A DNA stretch of 64,000 nucleotides from Mytilus californianus (lineage: Eukaryota), in contig NW_026262690.1 of the NCBI RefSeq assembly GCF_021869535.1, forward strand, positions 83,204,001 through 83,268,000, given 5' to 3'. The position numbers and the translations under genes are program-made. Shown here piece by piece: positions 1 to 12,500 of this stretch. Position 1 is the stretch's first letter. Each line of letters opens with the position of its first letter. Below the pieces are notes generated by a model that was not told the DNA's origin, did no database searches, and saw nothing but the letters and a program-made list of their open reading frames with translations.

Positions 1-257
1 AAATACCAAATCATACTTAAAACTTACAGGAAAATTTGCATTAATATCTTTACTTGAGAAAAAGTCTGAATATAATCTAAAAAAAAAAAAAATTCAAACT
101 TGATCTGTGTTTTGTGGTAATAAGCATTTTGTATTAGTTTCATAATATTTGGCTGAGGCAAACTAAAGTTTGAGAACGGAAACCAACTTTGGGACGTACG
201 TAAGTACGGACAAGGGTAAAACTTAATGCCCCCTACTCTACGGCGGGGGCATAAAAA
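1..257 (-). mobile_element. 5' end of a non-autonomous Helentron-type (HINE-like) element, partial
   Basis: Hairpin atgccccc(226-233)/gggggcat(245-252) followed by an A-run (T-run on minus), with short gtac/gtcc-type simple repeats next to it. Same end architecture as the other HINE-like elements in the window. Confidence 0.45.
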
Positions 258-570
258 ACTCATATGTTATTGACGGTTAATCTTTTGGAATATTTTATGA
301 AATCATTGACAACTTGTCTGGACTCTGTAAGATAATTAATTTTACATATGGTTCATAGAAGACACACCTCTAGATGACTTTTTAAGGTTTTATCATTGCT
401 GAGTTGCTGTTTCATCAAATTTAACAACACACCTTCTTTTACTCCCATTTATTAGAATAAGTTATCTCTATACCAAACCCCATTCTTTATATATCTAAAA
501 GTTTTATATGTGTCAAAAGGGGTCTATAACTGAAATATGTTTAAAATGCCTCTTAATTATCTGTTATTAC

Positions 571-3500
571 CTTTATTCAACATCTCATCTGCTTCATCAA
601 GCACCAGCATCTTTATAGATCTTGTTCTCAAATTTCTTCTTTTTATCATATCTGTAGTGAAAAGTAAAATGTTGAAACTATCTCACAGGATGAAATGTGA
701 AGACTTTTTCATTTACAAATAAAATGCTTCGTTGGGGCGCAGCTTGATACGACCGCAGAGGTCGAACCCTGAACAGTTGGGGCAAGTATGGACACAACAT
801 TCAAGCTTGATACAGCTCTGAATTTGGATTGTTATTAAATATTTGACACAGCATAGGTTTCTGACACAGAAAGAATGTGGTCTAAGAACTTGAATTTTTT
901 TAATTTACCTATTATGGTCCAATGTCCAAAATCAAAATACATGGTTAGATTCAGCTTACAAAGAACCCCATATATTCAATTTTTGTTAAAATCAAACAAA
1001 GTTTAATTTTGGACCCCAACTTGGACAAACTTGAAAACTGGGCCCATAATCAAAAATCTAAACACATGTTTAGATTCAGCATATCAAATAACCCCAAGAA
1101 TTCAATTTTTGCTAAAATCAAACTAAGTTTAATTTTGGACCCTTTGGACCTTAATGTAGACCAATTTAAAAAATGGGACTTAAAATTAAAAATCTAAATA
1201 CACGGTTAGATTTGGAATATCAAAGAACCCCAATAATTCAATTTTTGATGAAATCAAACAAAGTTTAATTTTGGACCCTTTTGACCTCAATATGAAACAA
1301 TTTGATAGCGGGGCCCACAAATAAAAAATCTAAATTCATGGTTAGATTCAGCATATCAAAGTACCCCATATATTCAATTTTTGTTGAAATAAAAAAAAGT
1401 TTAATTTTGGACCCCAACTTAGTCCAACTTGAAAACTGGGCCCATAATCAAAAATCTAAACACATGTTTAGATTCAGCATATCAAAGAACCCCAAGAATT
1501 CAATTTTTGTTAAAATCAAACTAAGTTTAATTTTGGACCCTTTGGACCTCAATGAAGACCAATTTAAAAAACGGGACCCAAATTAAAAATCTAAAAACAC
1601 GGTTAGATTTGGCATATCAAAGAACCCCAATAATTCAATTTTTGATGAAATCAAACAAAGTTTAATTTTGGACCCTTTTGACCTCAATATGAACCAATTT
1701 GATAGCGGGGCCTACAAATAAATCAAAGCACGAAAGCGCTGTAAAGGCAGTTAATTACAGGTTGTGTGTATTTTAAGTCCAGTTATATCATTATCTTGCA
1801 TAGTACAGTGTACTTATCAGAGGTGGCTTTCAGTATTTAAGATTTAGAGTTCTCTAATGATATTGAATAAGTTTTATGAATGTCATATTCTGAGCACTAT
1901 ATGAAGGCGATTGTTCTCACTTGTTTATGAACTAGTGCATTATGTCCAGTTTGTACCTTTTTTATCTATGTTTATAGTCAAATTAGTTATCAAAGGTACC
2001 AGGATTATAATTTAATACGCCAGACGTGTGTTTCGTCTACATAAGACTCATCAGTGACGTTCAGATCAAAATAGTAATAAAGCCAAACAAGTACAAAGTT
2101 GAAGAGCATTGAGGACCCAAAATTCCAAAAAGTTGTGCCAAATATGGCTAAGGTAATCTATTCCTTGGATAAGAAAATCCTTAGTTTTTTCATTGGCAAT
2201 CATAACACATCTCCTTATTTATATAATGATCTATATTCAACGACCTCAGGTACAAAAAAAATGTATGTAACTAAACTATGATGGGAAACCTTTGACTTCT
2301 TTCTTTATATAAACTTTTGATTTGGTACCATAGAACTATGTAGAGTAAATGTACATTGCAACATGTCAACTCCAAGCAAAATTATATTTCCAAGCATAAA
2401 GTAATTTATGAATGAAATAAAATGCTCCGCTGGGGTGCAGCTTGATACGACCGCAGAGGTCGAACCCTGAACAGTTGGGGCAAGTATGAACACAACATTC
2501 AAGCTTGATTCAGCACTGAATTTGGATTGTAATTAAATATTTGACACAGAATAGGTTTCTGATACAGAATGAAAGTGGTCTAAGATACTTAAAAAAATTT
2601 AATTTACCTATTCAAACCATATCATTATTATTTGCTTTTATATATAAATCAGAAATAACAAATTTAAAATGGAAAATTTTAAAGAAAAAAAAGGAAAAAG
2701 AATCCCCCCCCCCCAAATTTTTTGAACCCCCTTATGATTCATCACCCCAAAACTCAATCCCAGCCTTCCCTTTGTGGTATGGTACCTTGCAGTACAATTT
2801 CAGAGAGATCCATACACTTGAACACATGTTATTGTCTGGAAACTAGAAAAATGCTTATTTTTGGCCCCTTATTCCTAAACTTTTTGGGCAATTACCCCCA
2901 AACTCAATTCCAGCTTTCCCTTTATGATATGGAACCTTGTAGTACAATTTCATAAAGATCCATACACTTACACACAAGTTATTGCCATGAAACTAGAAAA
3001 ATGCTTGTTTTTTGCCCCTTTTTTGCCCCTTTTTGGCCCCTTTTTCCTAAAATTTGGAGGCAATTACCCCCAAAAATCAATCCCAGCATTCCCTTTGTGA
3101 TATGGAACCTTGTGGTACAATGTCAGAGAGATCCATACACTTACACACAAGTTATGTCTGGAAGTTACATAAATGCTTATTTTTGGCCCCTAATTCCTTA
3201 ACTGTTGGTACCATAACCCCCAAAATCAATCCCCACTTTCCTTTTGTGGTATTGAACCTTATTTTAAAATTTCATTGAGATCCATTCACTTAAACTAAAG
3301 TTAGAGTGCGAAAACTAATGTGTCTTCGGACGACGACGCCGGACGACGACGACGCCAACGTCATACCAATATACGACCACAAAATTTTTTTTGCGGTCGT
3401 ATAAAAAGTTCTTAATTAAGAAATAAACTGATTCGCTGAGCGCAGCTGGATACACCCGCAGAGGTACTACCCTGAACAGCTGGGGCAAAAATGGACACAA

Positions 3501-6500
3501 TATTCAAGCTTGATACAGGTCTGAATTTGGAATGTAATTAAATATTTGACATATTATAGTTTCTGAATAAATGTAGTCAATGAACTTGAAATCGGTTATA
3601 TGAATTGAATTTATATTCAATTAAAGATTTCTTGCTGTTGTGCAATACTTAATAAATCTGTTGCCAGACTATAAACAAATAAAGTTCAATTTCTTCTCAA
3701 TGTCATATTTGAAATTTATGAAAATCAATAGGGAGATTACATCAATAGCTATAAATAATTCACCAAAGTTTCATGTGAACTGCTTAAAGCATTTTTGAGT
3801 TGTTGTCCAAAAACTGGAAAATCCCCCCTTTTTTAATGAATAAAACCCCATAACTCAGAAATGTAAAATCTAAAATTTATAAAATTCTAAAGGGAGCTTA
3901 CGGATTGATAATTTAGTCTTAGATGCAAGATTTTTTTATCAGTTGTTAGTGGCTTTGAACTAGCTGTCAGTAACTGAGAGTACTCTCAGATTTGTACTTA
4001 GTGTCTTTTTGTTGTTTGGATGTACAACTACCCGACCACGTCCACTTGTATTTGTATTTATCCATCTGATGAGTTTAGCCTCTTTCAACTGATTTTTATA
4101 GTTCTTTCTTATATTGTACTGTTACACCACTGTCCCAGGTTAGGGGAGGGTTGGGATCCCGCTAACATGTTTAAGCCCGCCACATTCTGTATGTACATGT
4201 ATGTGCCTGTCCCAAGTCAGGAGCCTATAAAAGTGTAATTCAGTGGTTGTCGTTTGTTTATGTGTTGCATATTTGTTATATTTGTTCATTTGTTTTACAT
4301 GTACATAAAATAGGCCGTTAGTTTTCTTGTTTGAATTCTTTTACATTGTCATTTCTGGGCCTTTGATAGCTGACTGTGCGGTATGGGCTTTGCTCATTGT
4401 TGAAGGCCGTACTGTGACCTATAGCTGTTAATTTCTGTGTCATTTGGTCTCTTGTGCATGTGTGGAGAGTTGTCTCATTGGCAATCATACCACATCTTCT
4501 TTTTTATATTTACATCAACAGATATAAAAAATTCACCAAAGTCAAGGTGAGACAACAAAACTTAGTTGTAAGATCTCTGAAATTTTTTACAGGGTACGAG
4601 TTTTTCTCATTGTTGGAGATTGTACGGTGACAGTAACACCTGTAACTGCTTAAACCCATTTCTTATGCACTTTAGTTTGATAAACTCACTGAATATCATA
4701 CCACATCTCCTTATTTTTATATGCATTACAATTTACATGTGCATGTAATTGTAAATATATATATATCAGAACAAAATTCATTGCGTCACTTTTATTTATG
4801 CATCCTTTGGCACAATACAAGTTCTAAAATTACACAACATAAAACAACTAAATGTTATTTCAGATGAAAGTTTGATTCAGTTCCATTCATAGGATTTATT
4901 AGAATTTTGTATGTTTTGCCAAGTCCAATAATTCGCTCTATGTGACATAGAGACATAGTTGACTAAACCACCAGGTGTCGAACATTCAAGAATTTTCAGT
5001 GTTTCTGTTTTTATTTGATGAAAAGGTTGCCTGAGCTCTAGGAGCTTTAGGTTTTATCACAGGATATTCTGTGCTGTCAATAATAATCCAAGTCGTAGGA
5101 AACTTTAATTTGAAGTTGGATGGTGAAAAATACCTGACTAAACCACTAGATGGCCAAGTGTTAGCCTCACACCACTGTTTAGACATAAAAACAATCCATG
5201 TATACACAATATTCTTAAAACTAGATTCAATCTAGAATCTAGACAGTTCAAAGTTGGTTGTATGATGCCTCAATTTCATCAAAGTCATAAAAAAACTGAT
5301 TTTCAACTGACACCCTATCAATTTGAAAATATATGTATCTCAAACAATGTGCTGCTGGTCCAAGTGTGGTCAAAACAAATAAAAATTTAGTATACAACTC
5401 TAAACCGGTATAAAAATGCATGGCTGTGTCACGTATCTTCATTTCAAAATTCTCTGCTGAAAACATAGGCATTGATGGTGTTTGCGTAATTCCATCTGTG
5501 AAGCTCAACATTAGCTCGGCAGTTGGTGGTGGACAGTCATAAATCCTTTCTGCAGTATGAATGACTCCTTCAGGAAAACCAACTTTACAATCAAAACTTT
5601 CCTCTAGATTTCTACTACAATATTCATCAAGTTTATTTCTTTTGTTTTCACAGGAAACTGCCCTGATTTTTCTTTTTGCGGACGATTCAGTCTCTTGCTT
5701 GGTCCAGGAAAATAGGCTGGGAATTGCAGTAGACTTAAGTCTCTGTATGGTGGGTTTGCGCCCTGAAAAAGGTTATAAAACATTAGTTTTTTTATAATTA
5801 AATGAACTTCCATTAGCAATGTATACTTTGTACTACCTGGCGAAATATTAACTAGATTTATTCATTACAATCTGGATAAAACTATGTTTGCCTGATTCAA
5901 TGTATGTTATGTAAATCCAAAGGACAAACAATGAGAGACTTATGCAACAAACGTACATTGTTTGTACCTAAATAACTATAATATAGATGAGAGCATGTCA
6001 TTGTTTTGTTCCTGTTAACATTGTCATTGATATTTTTCAAGAAAGTCTATGAGGCATAGCTTATGCATTCCTGTCATTACTACATTAGCATAATTACTGC
6101 TAAAATAATTCTCAGTATGATATACCTCTTGTAAGAAATCATTATAATTGTAGCAATCACCAAAAAATCTCAAACAGATCACATTGAATCGTAATTCAAA
6201 AAATTATGACGTCTTGAATTACCCACCCCCTTTTATTCTAAAACGATAATTGCGGTTGTAAACAGACTTTGGTTTATTCGCATGGCGATTACATATATAA
6301 CTATATATTTCACAAAGAAAATAGAGTTTTACCATGAATAGTTTCCTGCACGTAGTCTTTTTCAGTAAAACGTGCCTTGCAAACAACAGCTGATTGAGAT
6401 GGACTCCACGATATCATCGTGTTCTCGTCCAATCTGCGTATGGGCCATGGCGTTGATCCAACTTTTCCTTCTTTTTAAGTCATTTGGAAATGCATGTCCT

Positions 6501-9500
6501 CCTCTTAAATGACATCCAGGTACACAACAACAAGTACTTATCATCGTTAATTAAAAATATAACTGAAATAGTTGCACAGTGCAGAAACCGGAAGTAGAGG
6601 AACAGGATCCGCTACCACGGCGCCACATATTCAGGAACGATAATTTGCTACTTTATATAACTGCGAAAATAACGTTAGACGGGTTCACGTGCATAAACAG
6701 AAATGCGCTTTTAATTGTATAATATAATTCATGTTCAGTCGACCTTTAATTATTATATCAACGACTGAAATGATTTATAAACATCTAGATTGCAGATAAC
6801 ACTCGAAATTAACCCGAGCTCTTTCCACACGGAATTCAAATAATTCTAGTTTGTCAATCGGTTGACTGCTTATAATGCAAAATACTAATATATCAAAAGT
6901 TTTTAAAACTAACTAAACACAATGATCGTTTCTCTATTTCCCAATGTAAATGAAATGAAACAAAAAACATTTTATATCGCAATAAGAAGAGGAGAGAATT
7001 CAACATTTCCGGATCTACTTGGTGTCTAATGACCCCCCACGGAGATAAGTTGGATATCGCGGAAGGAAGGATTAACCCGGCAACTAGAAAGGCATTAAAG
7101 CACTGCCTTTAAAAATCTAAATACATGGTTAGATTCAGCATATCAAAGAACCTCGTATATTCAATTTTTGTTGAAATCAAACAAAGTTTAATTTTGGACC
7201 CCAATTTGGACCAACTTGAAAACTGGGCCCATAATCAAAAATCTAAATACATGTTTAGATTCAGCATATCAAAGAACCCCATATATTCAATTTTTGTTGA
7301 AATCAAACAAAGTTTAAATACTGGACCCTATCTTGGACCAACTTGAAAACTGGGCCCATAATCAAAAATCTAAACATATGTTTAGATTCAGCATATCAAA
7401 GAACCCCAAGAATTCAATTTTAGATGAAATCAAACAAAGTTAAATTTGGACCCTTTTGACCTCAATATGAACCAATTTGATAACGGGGTCCACAAATAAA
7501 AAATCTAAATACATGGTTAGATTCAGCATATCAAGGAACCCCATATATTTGAAAACTGGACCCAAAATTAAAAATCTAAATACACTGTTGGATTCGGCAT
7601 AACAAATAAATAAATGTGATCAAAGATTTACAACTCTAATGCGCCATACTGTGCAATTAAAGATTTCTTCTTGAAATTTTTCAATATTTGAAATTTGAAA
7701 AAAAAAATAATATTTGAAGAATAATTTTTTTAATTTCTGAAATCTGAAATGAGAAAAAATTGACCCCCCACAATTTCTTTTTACCCCCCCCCCCCCCCCC
7801 CCCTTTTTCCCCCCAAAAATTCTTTCCCTCAAGATATGGTCATAATCTCAATTCAAATTTCCAATGGAGTTGGCAACCATAATTACCCATTTAAATTTAC
7901 CATAGTGCTAACTTAATCTATTTTAAAATAGAATTAAAAATATAGTGTCAAATCTTTCATATGGATTTTTTTGTAAAAAAAAAGATGCAACATTTGCAGA
8001 TATTTTTACTGGTCTTCCTTTATAAATATGCATTTCTTTAAACATAATTTAAAAGCAGTGTAAGGGAAGTTACCAAAACGTTGTATTTGTATTACCTCCC
8101 TTACACTGTTTTAAATTATCTTTATTGTTCATTAACCATTACTTTATACATAATTTAAAAGCAGTGTACGGGAGAAAATTTCAATGATGTATTTGATTTA
8201 TCTCCCTTACACTGCTTTAAATTATGTTTTGTACTAAAGTATTTGTCCATTACCCAGGACAACCTTGTTTTTCCCCCTAATTCCTAAACTGTTTGAGCCA
8301 TAACCCCCCAAAGCAAATCCTAACCATCCCTTTGTGGTATGGAAACTTGTAGTATAATTTCAGAGAGATCCATACACCGTTCCACAGTTATTGTCTGGAA
8401 ACTAGAAAATGCTTATTTTTGGCCCCTAATTCCTTAACTGTTGGTACCATAACCCCCAAAATCAATCCCAACCATTCTTTTGTGGTATTTAACCTTATGG
8501 TCAAATTTCAAAAAGATCCATTTACTTAAACTAAAGTTAGAGTGCGAAAACCAATGTGTCTTCGGACGACGACGACGCCGCCAACGTCATACCAATATAC
8601 GACCACAAAATTTTTTTGCGGTCGTATAAAAATAACATGATTAAAGGAATAACGCAAACAAATAAAAGAAGAATTGGTGTCCATAATACACAATTCCCCA
8701 ATCACACTATCACATTTCCAGATTCAGCGATCCACAAAATCTTGGTGCAAACTCCTTATTTAGCAAACATTAAAAAAAAAAATTAAAGTTGAATTTGTGT
8801 ACAAAGTTTCAAGTTTTATTAATATGACCACAACTTCAGTGTTATCTACTGTATACCAAAACTTTAAACTCATAGATAGCACAGAGAAGCAGACACATAG
8901 ACAGTTAAACAAAATGCGCAATTGTAACTTTTTTTCATTTACAATATTTTCAAATCGAAAATATAAGATTAAAAAGTCACCAGCTGAAATTACTCAACCA
9001 TCATGGAAGAGAGGTAATGTGTATACTAAATTAGTAATCAGAATTTTTTTTCAAAAGCAACATGCTCAATGAAAAGTATGTGTCAAGATTTATGCTGGGC
9101 AAAACCAGATGTTTGGTGCCATATACTGTATCAAAAGATATGACTTGTAATTGCAGAGAAAAATAACACGAAACTTGTTACAGACAGATATACAGAGGAA
9201 AATTAGTATTCTCCTCTCCTTTGGAGCGTAGTATAAAAAATCAATGTTAAATGTTACCAAATACTCTGCCTGGTGTTCCTGATACCACATGTTGACCATA
9301 ATCCAGTTTTCTGATGTCTTCGCCAATGTTTGTTCCTCCAATACAGGAATGGCATTGTACATTCATGTAATCCCCCAAAGCTAGAATAACCTGAAATAAA
9401 CATGATGTGTCAAGTCATACATTGTATCTTCTTCAAGTTTCAAATAATTTCTTACATTAGAAAAACAAGCAATCTGAGAGTATTGCATGGCAATACATAG

Positions 9501-12500
9501 TCCCCTACCGGTCAAAAATTAATTGTACTGGAACAAAATGCTAACTTGATCTATAACTTGTCATGACCATAACTCTGCAAAAAATCATCAAATCGAAACA
9601 AAATTCAAACTTGGTCTGTAACTTGTCATGATAAAACTATATACCAATTATCAAATCAATATCTTCAAGCATGACGAAAAAAAGTGCGGAAAACTGATTA
9701 TTTGAGTGAATTTTTTAAGTCCAAGGACCATAACTCTGCACAAAATCATCAGACCGGAACAAAATTCGAACTTGATCGGAGTGCAAACCTAAAGTCCCCT
9801 TTCGACGGTCGACGGTACGGGACTAAGAATTAAGACATGATCATGAATAACCAGTTTTAAATAAGACGAGAAAAATACCGTAGAGACATTCAAAACTCAT
9901 TAGTAGAAAAGAAACTGATAACACCATGGCAAAAAAGAAAAACAACAGTGTAAGATTACATTACTTTTAAGCAAAAATGTCCTTCTGTCAATATACAAAA
10001 TTGAATTCAATCAAAATTGTTGCTTGGCCTATAATGAAAACTGACATATTAAATTCATTAATGCAAAAAATATATTATGCTATGAATTTGAAACACTCAT
10101 ATATTTTGAACTTGAAGAAAAATATTTCCCCAATAAAAACTAAAAGTGTAATACCAATTACACATATATTTTGCATATATTTTAATATCAAATACCAATA
10201 TCATATTAACACTCATCATTTAAAACTTAACTGACAAGGCTACCTTCTGTATTTGTGTAGCAAGTTCTCTGGTAGGAGATAATATTAATGCTTGTGTTTC
10301 TCTAACTTGTGTGTCCAGACATTGTAGAATGGATATGGAAAATGTTGCTGTCTTTCCTGTTCCAGACTGAGCTCTAGAAAAAAAAAATGTTTATCTTATA
10401 AATGTAGAATGCACCATGTACTCAACATTTTTTGGACAAGGATAGTCAGAAATTCTTAGAGAAACCATATCCATTTTTTTTCATTCTTTAAGACTTTTTA
10501 ATACAAACCAACATGACAAGAGTCATATTTAGATTCACTTTTTGGTTAAAACTTTTGAAATTAAATGTTAGTAAATTTAATTGATTCAGCTGATAATAAT
10601 TTCAATGCATCTTTGTAGTCATCAGTTCAGAAAATGATGAGCCCAGTCTTTTCTTTTGTGGACACTTAGACTTGTGTTAGTGAGAATCCAGAATGCATAT
10701 ATACATGTGTATTAAAAAAAACTGAAATTTAAGCAAATCAAATAATTTAGTTAAACCAACATAACATGTTCTTAAAAAAAATCTTACATCTATCTGATAA
10801 TAGATACATTTTATTTAATAACAATACAGATATTTTATTTTTTAAGAAGTATCTGATAATTAGTACATTTTATTTAATAACCATACAGATTTTTTTATTT
10901 TTACGAAGTAAAATAAGATAAGATCCAATTCACTTATTTCTTAATTTTGAAAATGTAAAGTAAATTACAAAATGTATAGAAGAATTGCCCTGAAAGCTCC
11001 TGGTACTAATATGTCTTTTGATTGAGTTAAGCCATTTAAATTGATATTTTATAGTGTGTCTTTCTATGTTGTGATGTTACACTATTGTTTCAGGTAGGGT
11101 GAAGGTTGGCGCCTATTAAAATGTTTAAACCCACTGCATCTGTTTGCACCTGTCCTAAGTCAGGAACCTGATGTTCAGTGGTTGTCGTTTGTTGATGTGG
11201 TTCATAAGTGTTTCTCGTTTCTTGTTTTTTATATAGATTAGACCGTTGGTTTTCCTGTTTGAATGGTTTTACACTAGTCATTTTTGGGGCCCTTTATAGC
11301 TTGCTGTTCAGTGTGAGCCAAGGCTCTGTGTTGAAGGCCGTACTTTGACCTATAATGGTTTACTTTTACAAATTGTGACTTGGATGGAGAGTTGTCTCAT
11401 TGATACTTATACCACATCTTCTTATATCTAAGTATAGGGTGTATACCAAAGAATTCAGTTAGTCTGACTTACTGTGCAATAACATCTCTTCCTTTAACAA
11501 TAGGTTTGACAGCTCTTTGTTGAATAGCTGATGGTTTCTCAAATCCTACAAATATAATATCATGAAAAATAAAGTTTTGATATGAATTTCTGCTCTGGAA
11601 TGTACATTACATGTCCTAAATATACAAAATTTCTTTCTGTTACAATCATATATATGTAGCTATTGATCCTCATCATTTTACCCAAGGTTAGAATTCATTG
11701 AATTCCTGAAAGTTCTGAATTTATGTAGATACAAGTTTAATTAGTCATTGTTAGTGAATGTGTGTGTGGTTCCTCTTTTATGCTAAAACAACTAAATTGA
11801 TAAGTTACATATGATACATGCATACAAAATATTTTAAACATTCTGAAATAATTTTATATACTACATGTATATTTTGAAAAAAATTTCACTTCAACTTAGT
11901 CAAACTTATCTTCTAAAACTACAACAACATATTTAGAACATGAGCTACAAAAGTAATGATAAATTAGAGGTAAACTATAAGAAAAGGGTACTTGCATACC
12001 AAACTAGAGGCTCTCAAGAGCCTGTGTTGCTCACCTGTATTTGGAAATCATGTAAAATAAGGTTAAAATCATAATTAATAGTATTAGATATTAAACACAT
12101 GTTAGATATTATAATGATATCTAAGATAATAACAAAAACTGCAAAATTTTTGTAAAATTACTAAATCAGGGGCAGCAACGGGTTGTTGGATTCGTCTGAA
12201 AATTTCAGGGCAGATAAATCTAAATCTGATGAACATTTTTGCCACCTGTCAGATTTGCTCTAAATGCTTTAGTTTCAGAGATATAAACCAAAAACTGCAT
12301 TTTACCAATATGTTCTATTTTTTACCAAGTCGGCCATGATGGTTGGAAGGCGGGGTCATCGCACAAATTTTTAAACTAGATACCCTTAAATGATTATGGC
12401 CAAGTATGGTTAAATTTGTCTCAGTAGTTTCAGGGAAGAAGATTTTTGTAAAAGATTACAAAAAATTGTTAAAAATTGACTATTAAGGGCAATAACTCCT

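Larger units (their letters stand above)
1742..7111 (-). mobile_element. Putative non-autonomous ISL2EU/Harbinger-type DNA transposon loaded with nested repeats
   Basis: Interrupts HINE-B copy 1. Has 10-bp inverted ends taaaggcagt (1742-1751) / actgccttta (7102-7111) and contains a THAP-DDE transposase remnant. Boundaries are uncertain because ~19 bp of unexplained filler lies at the left junction. Confidence 0.45.
721..8632 (-). mobile_element. HINE-like element family B, copy 1, with internal 126/136-bp tandem array; interrupted by a ~5.4-kb insertion (1723-7110)
   Basis: Ends match the copy at 12618-15462: 5' (minus) ttttatacgaccgc..gtggtcgtata hairpin plus (gtc)n at ~8560-8632, and 3' gcggtcgtat plus a short hairpin at 721-760. 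The array breaks at ..cctacaaataaa (1722) and resumes at aaaaatctaaatac (7111). Confidence 0.8.

Noticed and set aside
4066-4100. CTGATGA in repeat R1 as a second hammerhead
   Set aside because: No stem II followed by GAAA and no stem I/III pairing can be drawn. Other CTGANGA hits (e.g. 17759, 18545) fail the same test.
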